Shown here one piece after another: positions 10,859 to 21,134 of a DNA stretch of 64,000 nucleotides (within the stretch, counting starts at the first letter, position 1; each line of letters starts with the position of its first letter). The stretch is taken from assembly GCA_965217865.1 (NCBI GenBank), contig CBDCJO010000002.1, forward strand, positions 3,584,001 to 3,648,000. Direction: 5' to 3'. Under the pieces are notes generated by a model. That model did not search any database. It was not told the DNA's origin and saw only the letters and a program-made list of their open reading frames with translations. Source of the stretch: Candidatus Latescibacterota bacterium. GTDB taxonomy: Bacteria; Latescibacterota; UBA2968; SICM01. Both the position numbers and the translations under genes were made by a program.

Positions 10859-11248
10859 ACCAAGACGATGGACCATGGACGACGGTCAGAGGCTGGAGGT
10901 CAGGGGTCAGGGGAAATTGAAGATCGAAGATTGAAGAAACGTGAGACGAGACGGAAATCAGGACCGGGAGTCAGATCTAACTGGGGGATAAGGCTCTTAA
11001 TTTTGGAAAACCTCAGTCACATGATCTCCCCTCTCCATAATGAAAACCTCCTGAGCGGAGTTCCGCGTTTTTGTGGAACGCAGTCGAAGGACGGGGAGGG
11101 GGTGTCCGCCCCCATGGAGGAAAATGCAAAACAAATTTAAAGGCAGACTGGAGACGCTAAATGCGATAGACCGGGATGCTTACATCTTTTTTGTTTCGGC
11201 TGATCGAAGCGAAGGCCGCGATAGGGGTAGAGTCATAACAGTGGTGGG

Positions 11249-13021
11249 GTGTATTCTAAAAAAAGCATCCCGATTATACCGAGCGCGAAATCGATGGAAC
11301 AAACGGATATATCAGGATACATTGCCAAGCTGGGTGAGCATGAAGCAGCCGTCGATGCTGGCATAGCTGATCTGAAGGCCAATCTTGTGATGGACAGGAT
11401 CTGGGCAAAGGATCACACCGTCTGGAAACCAGAACCTGACGAAATCGAGAACCGGCTTGGATGGTTGCACAGCCCGGAGGAGATGAAAAGGCAGCTTCCA
11501 AAAATTGACGCATTCGTGGATTCCGTGAGGGCAGACGGGTATAAGCAGGCTCTTCTGCTGGGGATGGGCGGGTCCAGCCTGGCCCCTGAGGTCTTCCGAA
11601 AAACGTTTGGCTTTAGGGAGGGCTACCTGGATTTGGCCGTGCTGGACAGCACCGATCCTTCGGCCGTTCTTACCCACGCAAACCGATTAGATCCCGCCAA
11701 AACCCTCTTCATCGTCTCCACCAAATCAGGCGGCACTGTGGAGACGCTTTCCTTTTTTAAGTTTTTCTACAATCTGGTCATAGCATCCCTAGGTCGGGAA
11801 AGGGCGGGGGAGCATTTTATCGCCATCACCGATCCCGGCAGCTCACTCGCTGAGCTGGCCGAATTCCACAATTTTCGCGAAGTATTCCTCAACGATCCGG
11901 ATATTGGCGGGCGGTACTCCGCCCTCTCATTTTTCGGGCTGGTTCCAGCCGCGCTGATGGGTATTGATTCGGAGGTCCTTCTCGATCGTGCCACGGCAAT
12001 GGCACGTGATCGTCAGAACGCTGGAGCAACCCTCGGCGTCGTAATCGGAGAACTGGCCGTTGTCGGTCGGGACAAGCTGACGCTGATCGCATCCCCGCGC
12101 GTCGAGTCATTCGGGGCCTGGTTGGAACAGCTTGTTGCAGAGAGCACCGGCAAGGAAGGCAAAGGCATCTTACCTGTGGACGGTGAACCCGCGGGAGAGC
12201 CGGATGTTTACGGGGAGGACCGTCTCTTCGTCACCTTGCGCCTGGAAGAAGATAAGACCCGTGACGGTTTTGTAGAAACCTTGATGAACGCCAGCCATCC
12301 GGTCGTTCAGCTTAATCTACGAGATGCCTATGACCTGGGTGGGGAGTTCTTCCGCTGGGAGATGGCCACCGCTGTGGCGGGATACCGATTGGGTATCAAT
12401 CCCTTCGACCAGCCGGATGTTGAATCGGCAAAGATCCTTGCCCGGCAGATGGTGGCCGCCTATCAACAGGAGGGGACGCTGCCGACTTCGGCGCCAACCT
12501 TACGTACCGATGGAATTACAGTTTACACAGAAGGGGATCCGAAGGATCTGGAGGGAGCCATGGGGGCGTTCCTCGAACATGCCCTGCCTGGAAGTTACAT
12601 CGCCTTACACGCTTACCTCCAGCCTACCCGGGAGACCAGTGCTGCTTTGCGAAAGTTGAACACTCACCTTCGCGATCGATTGCGGCTGGCAACGACCGTG
12701 GGCTATGGCCCCCGCTTCCTCCATTCCACCGGACAAATTCACAAAGGTGATGCCGGCCGCGGGCTGTTCATCCAGTTGACGGCCGATGACCTTCAGGATG
12801 CGCCCATTCCAGATGAAGCGGAGTCGTCGTCATCTTCGATCACATTTGGGGTTCTTAAGGCCGCTCAGGCCCTGGGAGATATGCAGGCACTGCTGAACGC
12901 CGGGAGGCGCGTCGTGCGATTTCATCTGGGGAAGGAACTGGTGGGAGGACTGGAGCGACTGACGAAGGCGGTAAAGGCAGGCGCCGGGTGTCGGAGGTCA
13001 GGGGCCAGGGAAAAGCGGTAG
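11249..13021 (+). CDS. pgi: Glucose-6-phosphate isomerase (like the Pgi half of Tal-Pgi)
   Basis: GMGGSSL, STKSGGTVET, DIGGRYSALS, EQLVAESTGK, NPFDQPDVE, GPRFLHSTGQ. Confidence 0.85.
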   Translation: MYSKKSIPIIPSAKSMEQTDISGYIAKLGEHEAAVDAGIADLKANLVMDRIWAKDHTVWKPEPDEIENRLGWLHSPEEMKRQLPKIDAFVDSVRADGYKQALLLGMGGSSLAPEVFRKTFGFREGYLDLAVLDSTDPSAVLTHANRLDPAKTLFIVSTKSGGTVETLSFFKFFYNLVIASLGRERAGEHFIAITDPGSSLAELAEFHNFREVFLNDPDIGGRYSALSFFGLVPAALMGIDSEVLLDRATAMARDRQNAGATLGVVIGELAVVGRDKLTLIASPRVESFGAWLEQLVAESTGKEGKGILPVDGEPAGEPDVYGEDRLFVTLRLEEDKTRDGFVETLMNASHPVVQLNLRDAYDLGGEFFRWEMATAVAGYRLGINPFDQPDVESAKILARQMVAAYQQEGTLPTSAPTLRTDGITVYTEGDPKDLEGAMGAFLEHALPGSYIALHAYLQPTRETSAALRKLNTHLRDRLRLATTVGYGPRFLHSTGQIHKGDAGRGLFIQLTADDLQDAPIPDEAESSSSSITFGVLKAAQALGDMQALLNAGRRVVRFHLGKELVGGLERLTKAVKAGAGCRRSGAREKR

Positions 13022-13537
13022 CAGTGGCAGGAAAAGCCCTTCCACCCATCCCCGCCGGAATACAGAATACAGAAGACAGGAGAAGACTTAAAATTCAACC
13101 CAGTTGGCGGGAAGTCAGGGATCGGGTAAGGAAAGGCGATTAGATGGGAGGGACGCCGGCCTCGGCGTCCGCTAACATCCCGGTCTTTCAGGTCAGGTTT
13201 TTCCAGATTTCCATGGGCTCAAGGGTTTGGCGGTTTTCAGGCGAATTGTATGAATTTTAATGGTGAAGGGGTTGGTGAGAGGGAAGGCGTTATTTGTATT
13301 GATTAACCGATTACGGCCCGCGAGGCCGCGGGCCCTCCCAGAAACTGGTCGACTCCGGACATGTCGAACGTCGTCTTGTTTTGCTCCCGCCTCTCAAATG
13401 CCTCGGTCTGGGTCACGAAGTATCGTGAGATTCGGGAAATATTGTTCTGGAAAATGAAGTTAGTTGAACACTGGTCTTTTCACAAAGATCTAATTTAAAG
13501 TCACTTAGGTAATTTCATGGAGTGGCTTTTTTCATTC

Positions 13538-13552
13538 TGGCACAGATCTTGT
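13538..13552 (+). promoter_or_regulatory. Putative sigma54 (-24/-12) promoter
   Basis: TGGCAC-AGATC-TTGT versus consensus TGGCAC-N5-TTGC, about 55 bp before ORF 13606. Confidence 0.55.
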
Positions 13553-13605
13553 TCTTAACCATATGAGTTCGAATTACAAACTGAAGAATCGTATCATTCC
13601 TTACT

Positions 13606-14091
13606 TTGGAGACTTTAATGACAGCCGGATGGAGCGTAATCAAATTTGTTTTCTCAAGACCCCTGATCGCATCGGTAATTGTGGGGACAATGATACATAG
13701 CCTGCTGGAACTGAATGAGCACCTCTTGAAAGGGGCATGCCATCTGGATCATCTGGCGGATGACATGACTCAAAACCCCGGTTATGGGGCAATATACCTC
13801 CTTATCCCCTTTCTAGTTCCTTATGTGGTGACGCGGATCGGAAGTCGAATCCGGATGGAGACAGAAACCAGTTACGAGTGGAAGTTCCCTCAGGCCAATC
13901 CCGATATCGTGATAAAGCTCGATCCATCCGGAGAGATAATCTTCATAAACACGGCTGCAAAATTGATCCTGAAACGAATGGGCATGGATGAAGCAGATTC
14001 AGATATCCTGCTGCCGAAGGATTCACGGACGATCGTGGAGGAAATCCTGGGGACAGATCGCCTTCTGGGTTCCTTGATTCACCAGGTTTGA
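13606..14091 (+). CDS. Membrane sensor fragment (two TM plus start of a PAS domain), probably truncated
   Basis: Two hydrophobic segments, then FPQANPDIVIKLDPSGEIIFINTAA; ends with no output domain. Confidence 0.5.
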   Translation: METLMTAGWSVIKFVFSRPLIASVIVGTMIHSLLELNEHLLKGACHLDHLADDMTQNPGYGAIYLLIPFLVPYVVTRIGSRIRMETETSYEWKFPQANPDIVIKLDPSGEIIFINTAAKLILKRMGMDEADSDILLPKDSRTIVEEILGTDRLLGSLIHQV

Positions 14092-14544
14092 AATTAGGTC
14101 CTGAAACGGAGCCACATCCATTCCTGTTGTGAGGGATTTAGAATCGATGAGGGCGTGGAAAGCTTTCAAGATGAGGATGCCCATACGGGGGAACGGGTTG
14201 TGGCCTAGCCCCGACGGCCAGGTGTTCTACCGGGACTGATGGGAACTTTTTCTTATGCTAAATTGTCCTATAAATTGAGGTTCTGACTTCATTTAAGGTC
14301 CTGTTGTTTGAGAGGAAGGTTGGACAAGGAATTTTGATATGCCGGGAATTGAAGGGTTTTCTGGCAACGAAAGGAGGTCAGGATTGAAAGCCGGATTTTC
14401 GGCAACTCTTGATCCACTTGGAATATAGGTCGCACTGATGGCCCTTCTCTTGACAAATTCAGGGGAGGGATCTGGTTTCCAGAATTTGAATTTTTCACCA
14501 TGTGCATCTTCGGATGCTCTGTTCACCTAAGCTTGGAGGTTTCG

Positions 14545-15246
14545 ATGTTTTCCAGGATGATGCAACGAATGAGCATGGGGGCCCTTGCCCTCCTATTTCT
14601 AGCCGGAACCGGCTACGCAGAGACTTTCCAGATCGATCCTGTACACTCCTCGGTCGGATTCTCCGTCCGGCATATCTTCAGCCGGGTTCCGGGAACGTTC
14701 ACCAATTTTTCCGGGTCTGTCGTATACGATTCCGATCACCCGGAAAATTCATCCGTTAATGCAATCATTCAGGCCGCCAGCGTGAATACCGAAAACGGGA
14801 GGCGCGACAATCATCTCCGCAGCCCGGATTTCTTCGACGTGGAAAAATTTCCGGAGATCACCTTCACGAGCACAGCTGTGAAACAGGAAGAAGATCGGTT
14901 GATGGTCACTGGAGACCTGACGATGCACGGGGTCACCAAAAGCGTGGAGATGCCCGTGGAGGTCCTGGGTGTCGGCCCACATCCTATGTCGAAGGCAACG
15001 GTAGCCGGCTTTGCCGCCGACCTGAAGATAAAAAGGTCGGACTTCGGCGTCAACAGCTGGACGGATCCTGCCGGGGTCGTGGGGGATGAGGTCCGAATTG
15101 TCCTGAATATCGAAGCCGCCGGAAAGGCTATGTCGAATCCGTGTAACCCCTGCAATCCGTGCAACCCGTGCGGGGAAGCCAAGAACCCATGCAATCCATG
15201 CGGGGACAAGGAGATGACGAACCCGTGCAACCCATGCGGGAATTAA
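14545..15246 (+). CDS. YceI family periplasmic protein with Asn-Pro-Cys repeat tail
   Basis: RBS GGAGG; signal peptide; IDPVHSSVGFSVRH, RDNHLRSPDFFDV, GDLTMHGVTK; eight NPC units at the C-terminus. Confidence 0.92.
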   Translation: MFSRMMQRMSMGALALLFLAGTGYAETFQIDPVHSSVGFSVRHIFSRVPGTFTNFSGSVVYDSDHPENSSVNAIIQAASVNTENGRRDNHLRSPDFFDVEKFPEITFTSTAVKQEEDRLMVTGDLTMHGVTKSVEMPVEVLGVGPHPMSKATVAGFAADLKIKRSDFGVNSWTDPAGVVGDEVRIVLNIEAAGKAMSNPCNPCNPCNPCGEAKNPCNPCGDKEMTNPCNPCGN

Positions 15247-15249
15247 AAC

Positions 15250-15470
15250 CCGTGGATCGTTGTTCGTGATTCGGGGATCGGAAAAGCCGTGATTCGTGGA
15301 TCGTGACTCGTGACTCGGAAAACATGTCGATCGTGGTTCGAGACTCATAAAGAGGGAAATTAAAATCGTATACCGAAAAAGATGAGCGATAACTGCTTGT
15401 GCGAATCACGGATCACGAACGACGAATCACGAGAACCGTGGATCGTGACTCGGGGATCGGAAAGCCCGGT
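15250..15470. repeat. Composite heptamer-arm element, type A copy 1
   Basis: GTGGATC/GTGATTC/GTGACTC arm, core GAGACTCATA...AAAAAGATGAGCGAT, inverted GAATCAC/GGATCAC arm. Confidence 0.8.
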
Positions 15471-15585
15471 GATCATGATTACTAACTCAGGGATCGAGGA
15501 TGAGGAAAGCTTCGATCCCATTCTTCTTTTTGGGGCCGAATTCCTGAGGACGTAGAGAACTCACCGACAGGCTTGGAGGGAAACC

Positions 15586-17441
15586 TTGCGTTTGATCAAA
15601 TCCACAATCATTATGATAATCTCTCTTTATACGGTCAGCGCAGCCGGGACGCTGGATTGGGATGTTGTAGATGTCGACACGGGAGGGAAACCGGCTCTCG
15701 CTGTCAGCTCTAAGGGAATCCCTCACATAAGCTATATGACGGAAGCCATCATGGGTTTTGTCAAGCACGCCATCCGGAACAATGATGGATGGGATATCCA
15801 GACCGTGGCCACGGGCTATTTTTATGGCCCTCTTGCCCTTGCTATGGACTCTCGGGACCGGCCTCATATCGTGTATCACGATCACCAGGATCTGACGGGT
15901 CAGTTCAGCCCCGAGCTTGGAGATCAGGTACACGCCTTCTGGAATGGCTTCGAGTGGGCATTGGCGACCGTTGTCCACCCGGGGCACGACGGATGGGACA
16001 ACTCCATAGTGATAGACGGGACCACACCCAAAACCGCCTCGATTGATCCCCGCCAGTTCGGGAGCTCAGCCGGTGTGGAGTTCTGGGATGGTCAGAGTGT
16101 CGAAGGGGTTGGGAGCGGAGCAATCGATTACGAATTCGCGACATCGATCGCGATTGATCAACAAGGTGGCGCTCACATCTCCTACCGGGATTTTTCGAGG
16201 GCCTCCCGGAGGACGAACCAGCTCAAGCACGCAACCAAGGAAGACGACACGTGGGTCATCACTACGGTCGATCCCCAGGAGGGTTCCGGAGCCTATTCGT
16301 CCATCCGGATCGCTCCGGATGGAAATCCCGGAATCAGTTATTACGTCCGGGAGGCACAGAGCTCGGGAATCATCCGTTACGCCAAATTCAACGGCCTGAC
16401 CTGGGATATCCAGGATGTGGAGCGTGTGGGTAATGTGATCGCCGGCTTCATCGGCGCCCGGAACCTTACATCCCTGGCTTACGGCGAGGATGGCAACCCT
16501 CAAATCAGCTATTCCACAATGTTTAATCTAAGGTATGCCACCTGGGACGGGTCCAGGTGGAAGGTTGTAACCGTAGTGGAAAGCCCTTCTTCAGGGATGG
16601 CTCTTGGCGGGCTTTCATCCCATCAGATCGGACCCGATAGTACGGTGCACATCGCCTTCTATGAAATTCCGTCCGGCTTAACCACCTCGACGGGAACTGT
16701 CAAGTATGCTCGAGGCACGCTTTCCAACCTGGCGCCTGAATTTTCGAATCTGACGGACGAGGAAATCGCAGAAGGGGGCATGCTCAGGATTCCGGTTCAG
16801 GCCACAGATCCGGATGAAGACACGGTCACGTTCACCGCGACAGGCCTCCCGGAGGGGGCTACATTTGAAGAGGGGGAGATTGTCTGGTCCCCCGGGTTTG
16901 ATCAGGCAGGAATATATCGAATTTCATTGACTGCCAGCGACGGGTCTATTAGTACAGAGGGGGAGATTACGATCACGGTAGAGGAAGCAAATGCACCGGT
17001 CCGCTTCTCCTCGGTCTCACCGTCCGTGGCGATTGTGGTGGGGGAGACGGGATCGTTGCAGACCTTTGAGATCGTCACCTCTGACCCGGACAATGATCCC
17101 CTGAGCATCTCATGGACGGCCAACGGGAAGGAGATCATCGGGAGTCAGGTTCCACCCTCACCTTCACCGCAACCGATGCGGAGGAAGATTTGATTTCGGT
17201 AACGGTCTCGGACGGAACAGAGACCATCACACAGTCCTGGCGGATCGCAAGGATCCTGAGAGGGGACTTTGACGAAAACAACAGGGTCGACCTAGATGAT
17301 TTCTTTCTGTTCGCAGGTGCGTTTTCACAGGAGGGGACCGGAGAAAATGCCCGGTTCGATCTGGACGGAAATCAGACTATCGATTTCGAAGACTTTTTTA
17401 TATTCGCCATCTGGTTCGGGGTAAGAGCCGTGGATAGTTGA
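15586..17441 (+). CDS. Secreted beta-propeller-like protein with Ig-like domains and EF-hand/dockerin-like tail; frameshift near 17150
   Basis: Repeated PHISY/LKYA-type motifs; LAPEF...ATDPD..GLPEGA Ig domain; ORF 17112..17441 supplies GDFDENNRVDLDDFFLFA. Confidence 0.75.
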
Positions 17442-17640
17442 TCGTGATTCGTGACTCGGAAAACAGTCGATCGAGGGTCGAGACTCATACAAGAAGAAAT
17501 TCAAGATCGTATAAGGAAAAAGATGAGCGATCAATGTTTGCGCGAATCACGGATCACGAACGACGAATCTCGATAAAAACCCGTGGATCGTGATTCGTAA
17601 CTCGGGGATCGGAAAGGCCGTCGATCGTGGATCGGGAGAA
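17428..17640. repeat. Composite heptamer-arm element, type A copy 2
   Basis: Core and right arm closely match copy 1 (GAGACTCATA...AAAAAGATGAGCGAT...GCGAATCACGGATCACGAACGACGAATC). Confidence 0.8.
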
Positions 17641-17748
17641 TAGTGAAATGAGTCTGGATGGCATCGCTTGCCTGTGAAGGATGTTAGGACATGAGTCGAG
17701 AGTCAGCTTGTTCGCTTCTAGCCCTTCCCCCAACCCTTCCCTCGAGTT

Positions 17749-17797
17749 CGCACTTTTTCTTGCTCGTCCCAAGAAAAAGTGCGCAAAAAGAAAGACG
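17749..17797 (+). repeat. 14-bp hairpin with possible H-type pseudoknot
   Basis: CGCACTTTTTCTTG / CAAGAAAAAGTGCG; loop CGTC can pair with GACG after an A-rich linker. Confidence 0.5.
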
Positions 17798-18004
17798 CTG
17801 CTCAAACGCCGCGGAGGCTGGGCGCGCCTAAGCCCGGACTGTAGATGACATTCAGGATTTTGTGTGGTTCCGAGAGGGATCGTGGCATAACCGGGCCCTG
17901 GTGGAACGTTAAAAAGGAGGGACAGAGTCGCGCCCAAAAACCGATAATATGATTCAGGTACTGAGAGTACAGTTTGACTTTAGTAACAGTTCACCAAAAT
18001 ATAA

Positions 18005-19661
18005 TTGAAGGCGAAAATGGACGAATCACGAATCACGCGAATCATAAAAATGACCAGAACGACAAGCATCATTATCGTCTGCCTCCTGGTGTCCGGCCAG
18101 GATCTCCCGGTGAGTGCGTCTTCTGAACCGTTCGAGTTGTTCAACCTGAAAGACCAGGAGACCAAGTCCATCTGGAATATCAAGGGAGAGGCGGTCAGCG
18201 GACCACTGAAGGGACAGAGGATGAAGCAGATCCCGGCGCATAACGCGATGTGGTTCGCCTGGCTGGCATTCTGGGGAAACACTCAGGTTCACGGCGAAAC
18301 CGGGAGGGGGAACGGCGAGACATTCGAGAATGTGAATCAATTTCCGAGTGGACAGATCGTGTCCGGAGGGGTGCCTCGGGATGGGATCCCGGCGCTCACG
18401 GACCCTAAGATGTTGGCCTCCTTCGAGGCAAGGATATCAGATTCCGATCTGGTCTTCGGGGTGGTGATGAACGGAGAAGCCCGGGCTTATCCCCACGCGA
18501 TCGGCTGGTGGCACGAGATCGTCAACGACAGGGTTGGGGGGCATCCGGTGGTCGTGACTTTCTGTCCCCTGACGGGGACCGGTCTGGTCTTCGACGGAGA
18601 TGGTGGAGAAGGATCGAAGCGGGTCGAGTTGGGGGTGTCGGGTTTGCTGTTCAACACGAATCTGATCATGTATGATCGCAGAGATGGCGATACCCTGTAT
18701 CCGCAGATGATCTTCAAGCCGATCAACAACAATGAAGTACCGGAGTTGAAGCTTTTGCCTGTGATCGAGGCTACCTGGGGTCTGTGGAAACAGCTCTATC
18801 CGAACACGCTCGTGGTCAGCGATGAGACGGGTTTTCCCCGAAACTATGAAGCGTATCCCTATGGTGCTTACCGAGAAAGCAGCCAGGTTTTCTTCCCGCT
18901 GGCGCAGGATGAGAACAACCTGTCGCGCCTCCACCATCCGAAAGAGAGGGTCCTTGGGATCCGTGGAGAATCCGGAACCCCCAGGGCCTATCCGTTTGCA
19001 GCCATGGGGGGAGACCAGGCGGCGATCAACGATACCCTCGACGGTAAGCCAATCCTGGTGGTCTATTATGGAGAGGGCCGGTTGGCCATTCCCTACAGCC
19101 GGGAGGTGGGGGGGCAGACCCTGACCTTTGAGATCGCCGGACCCAATCTCCCTCCGGAATTTTCTAGCTTGACGGATCCGGAGGTTGCTGAAGGCGGCAT
19201 GCTCAGGTTCCCGGTTCAGGCCACGGACCCGGATGGAGACCCGGTCACGGTAACGGCGTTGGGTCTCCCGGAGGGGGCCACCTTTGAAGACGGTGAGGTT
19301 GTCTGGACCCCGGGGTTTGACCGGGCAGGGGTTTACCGGATCACCTTCACGGCCAGCGACGGGTCCCGCATTTATTTTCACGGCAACGGATGCGGAATCG
19401 GATGTCGTTTCGGTTGAGGTATCAGATGGAACGGAGACGATCGAACACAGGTGGCGGATCGCGAGGGCCCTGAGGGGGGACTTCGATGACAATGGAATTG
19501 TCGATTTGATTGATTTCTTTCTTTTTGCGAGTGCGTTTGGACAGGATGGGGTTGGGGAACTTGCCCGGTTCAATCTGGATGAAAATCCGGAGATCAATTT
19601 TTTCGATTTTTTTATATTCGCCAGCTGGTTCGGGGTGAAAACCGGGGATCGTGATTCGTGA
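18005..19661 (+). CDS. DUF3179 protein (circularly permuted) with Ig and EF-hand/dockerin-like tail; frame break near 19365
   Basis: SGGVPRDGIPAL, ARAYP, HEIVND, TFCPLTGTG, SGLLFNTNLIMYDR; tail in ORF 19284..19661. Confidence 0.8.
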
Positions 19662-19764
19662 TTCGGGGATCGGAGAAGCCGTGGATAGTGGATCGTGATT
19701 CGTGACTCGGAAAGCAGATTGAGGTTTTCAATCCGAAGTCAACTAATCGGAATTCCGCGATGCT

Positions 19765-19938
19765 CCCTCACCCCGCCTCGCAAAGCTCGGCACCCCTCTC
19801 CCGGATGCCGGGAGAGGGGGAGATCGAAATGATCTGATTGTTTAATGAAGAGAAAAGCGAGATTCTTAATATATCCGAAATGAATGTCATCGTCCCCTTC
19901 TCCTGCTAAGCGGGAGAAGGGGATACAGGGGATGAGGG
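19765..19938. repeat. Inverted pair of CCCTCACCCC..CCCCTCTCCC-type REP-like palindromes
   Basis: CCCCTCTCCCGG-ATG-CCGGGAGAGGGG and CCCCTTCTCCTG...CGGGAGAAGGGG...GGGGATGAGGG. Confidence 0.65.
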
Positions 19939-20024
19939 CGTTGAACTATAATCCGAACTGGCGAAAAAACCCCTGACGATTACGCAGCACCATAAAGAAC
20001 GTGAAGCGTACGGTGGACCGGAAA

Positions 20025-20160
20025 AGCCGTGGATCTTGATTCATGGATCGGAAAGGTCGTATTCTATCGATAAAAAGATTTGAATATTCCTCAAATAATC
20101 ACATCGATTATTTACGAATCACGAATCACGAATCACGAATCACGAATCACGAATCACGAA
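20025..20160. repeat. Composite heptamer-arm element, type B, (GAATCAC)6
   Basis: GCCGTGGATC arm, core TATCGATAAAAA...TTCCTCAAAT..CATCGATT, perfect repeats 20116-20157. Confidence 0.85.
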
Positions 20161-20268
20161 AAGGGACGCGGCATACCGTGTCCCTTAGTTATTTGGATTT
20201 TTGCCCACCAGCGAACCGGTGGAATCTGGCCTTGTAAGGGGGAACATAAGGCTTGACGTGTTACTCTG

Positions 20269-21075
20269 TTGCCGGTATCGTTATATTATGTCTCTCCGTC
20301 AAAATATATAAAAGGAACTCCTGGTATATGGGCATCCGGTAATAGGAAAAGCGCTGAAAGGAGATTTTTGGAGGTCATAAAGACACGGATCCGGTTTTCA
20401 AGAATTCCGTGGAAATGGATTGGGGCCGGCCTTGCGGTTTTCGGGATATTGATCTTGAGCCGTGTGCTGCCCGTCAACGAATGGCTGAAGGCCTTCAACG
20501 AGCTGGTCGGAAAATTGGGTCCCTCCGGGTTGGTTGTTTTTGCAGGTGCATACGTGCTTGCGACGGTCCTGTTCCTTCCGTGCTCGGTGTTGACCGTAGG
20601 GGCCGGTTTTGCCTTCGGCATCGCATGGGGCACCCTGGTTGTCTCGATCGGTTCTACAATTGGTGCGGCCCTGGCGTTCCTCATCGCGCGCTATGTCGCC
20701 CGGGGCCGCATTGTTGCGATGGCAGAGAAAAACGAGAAGTTCAAGGCCATCGACCGGGCGATCGGCCAACAGGGTTGGAAAATGGTCGGGCTGCTCCGAT
20801 TGAGTCCGGCGATCCCGTTCAATTTGAGCAACTATGTCTATGGGCTGACTGCGGTGCGTTTCTGGCCTTACGTGCTGGCCAGTTGGATCGGAATGTTGCC
20901 GGTAACACTCCTCTATGTCTATTTAGGGGCTTTCGGTCAGGCCGGTATCCAGGCCGCTTCCAGCGTTGGAACGGAACGAAGTCCGGTTGAATTTGCGCTG
21001 CTTGGTGTCGGTCTGCTTGCCACGGTCATCGTGACGATATTGATCACCCGCATGGTTCGGAAGGTGCTGCTCTGA
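20269..21075 (+). CDS. TVP38/TMEM64 (DedA/SNARE-associated) membrane protein
   Basis: FLPCSVLTVGAGFAFG, AFLIARY, LLRLSPAIPFNLSNY; real start probably downstream of 20269. Confidence 0.88.
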   Translation: MPVSLYYVSPSKYIKGTPGIWASGNRKSAERRFLEVIKTRIRFSRIPWKWIGAGLAVFGILILSRVLPVNEWLKAFNELVGKLGPSGLVVFAGAYVLATVLFLPCSVLTVGAGFAFGIAWGTLVVSIGSTIGAALAFLIARYVARGRIVAMAEKNEKFKAIDRAIGQQGWKMVGLLRLSPAIPFNLSNYVYGLTAVRFWPYVLASWIGMLPVTLLYVYLGAFGQAGIQAASSVGTERSPVEFALLGVGLLATVIVTILITRMVRKVLL

Positions 21076-21134
21076 GCTCCTTAAAGCCGCTTAAACACGT
21101 CTCTACTTTTTCGGGGATAGATCGGATCCGAACG

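Noticed and set aside
9767-10876. Long antisense ORFs (for example 9767..10876, 18437..19597, 25561..26424)
   Set aside because: Shadows of well-supported genes on the opposite strand, with no recognisable motifs
14165-14250. Fluoride riboswitch-like GAUG...CUGAUG
   Set aside because: The required P1 and pseudoknot pairings could not be formed; it looks more like a coding remnant
18540-18590. Selenocysteine recoding in DUF3179
   Set aside because: The motif is encoded as Cys (TFCPLT) with no in-frame TGA
15250-20160. Integron attC sites
   Set aside because: No RYYYAAC/GTTRRRY boundaries identified and no integrase in the window
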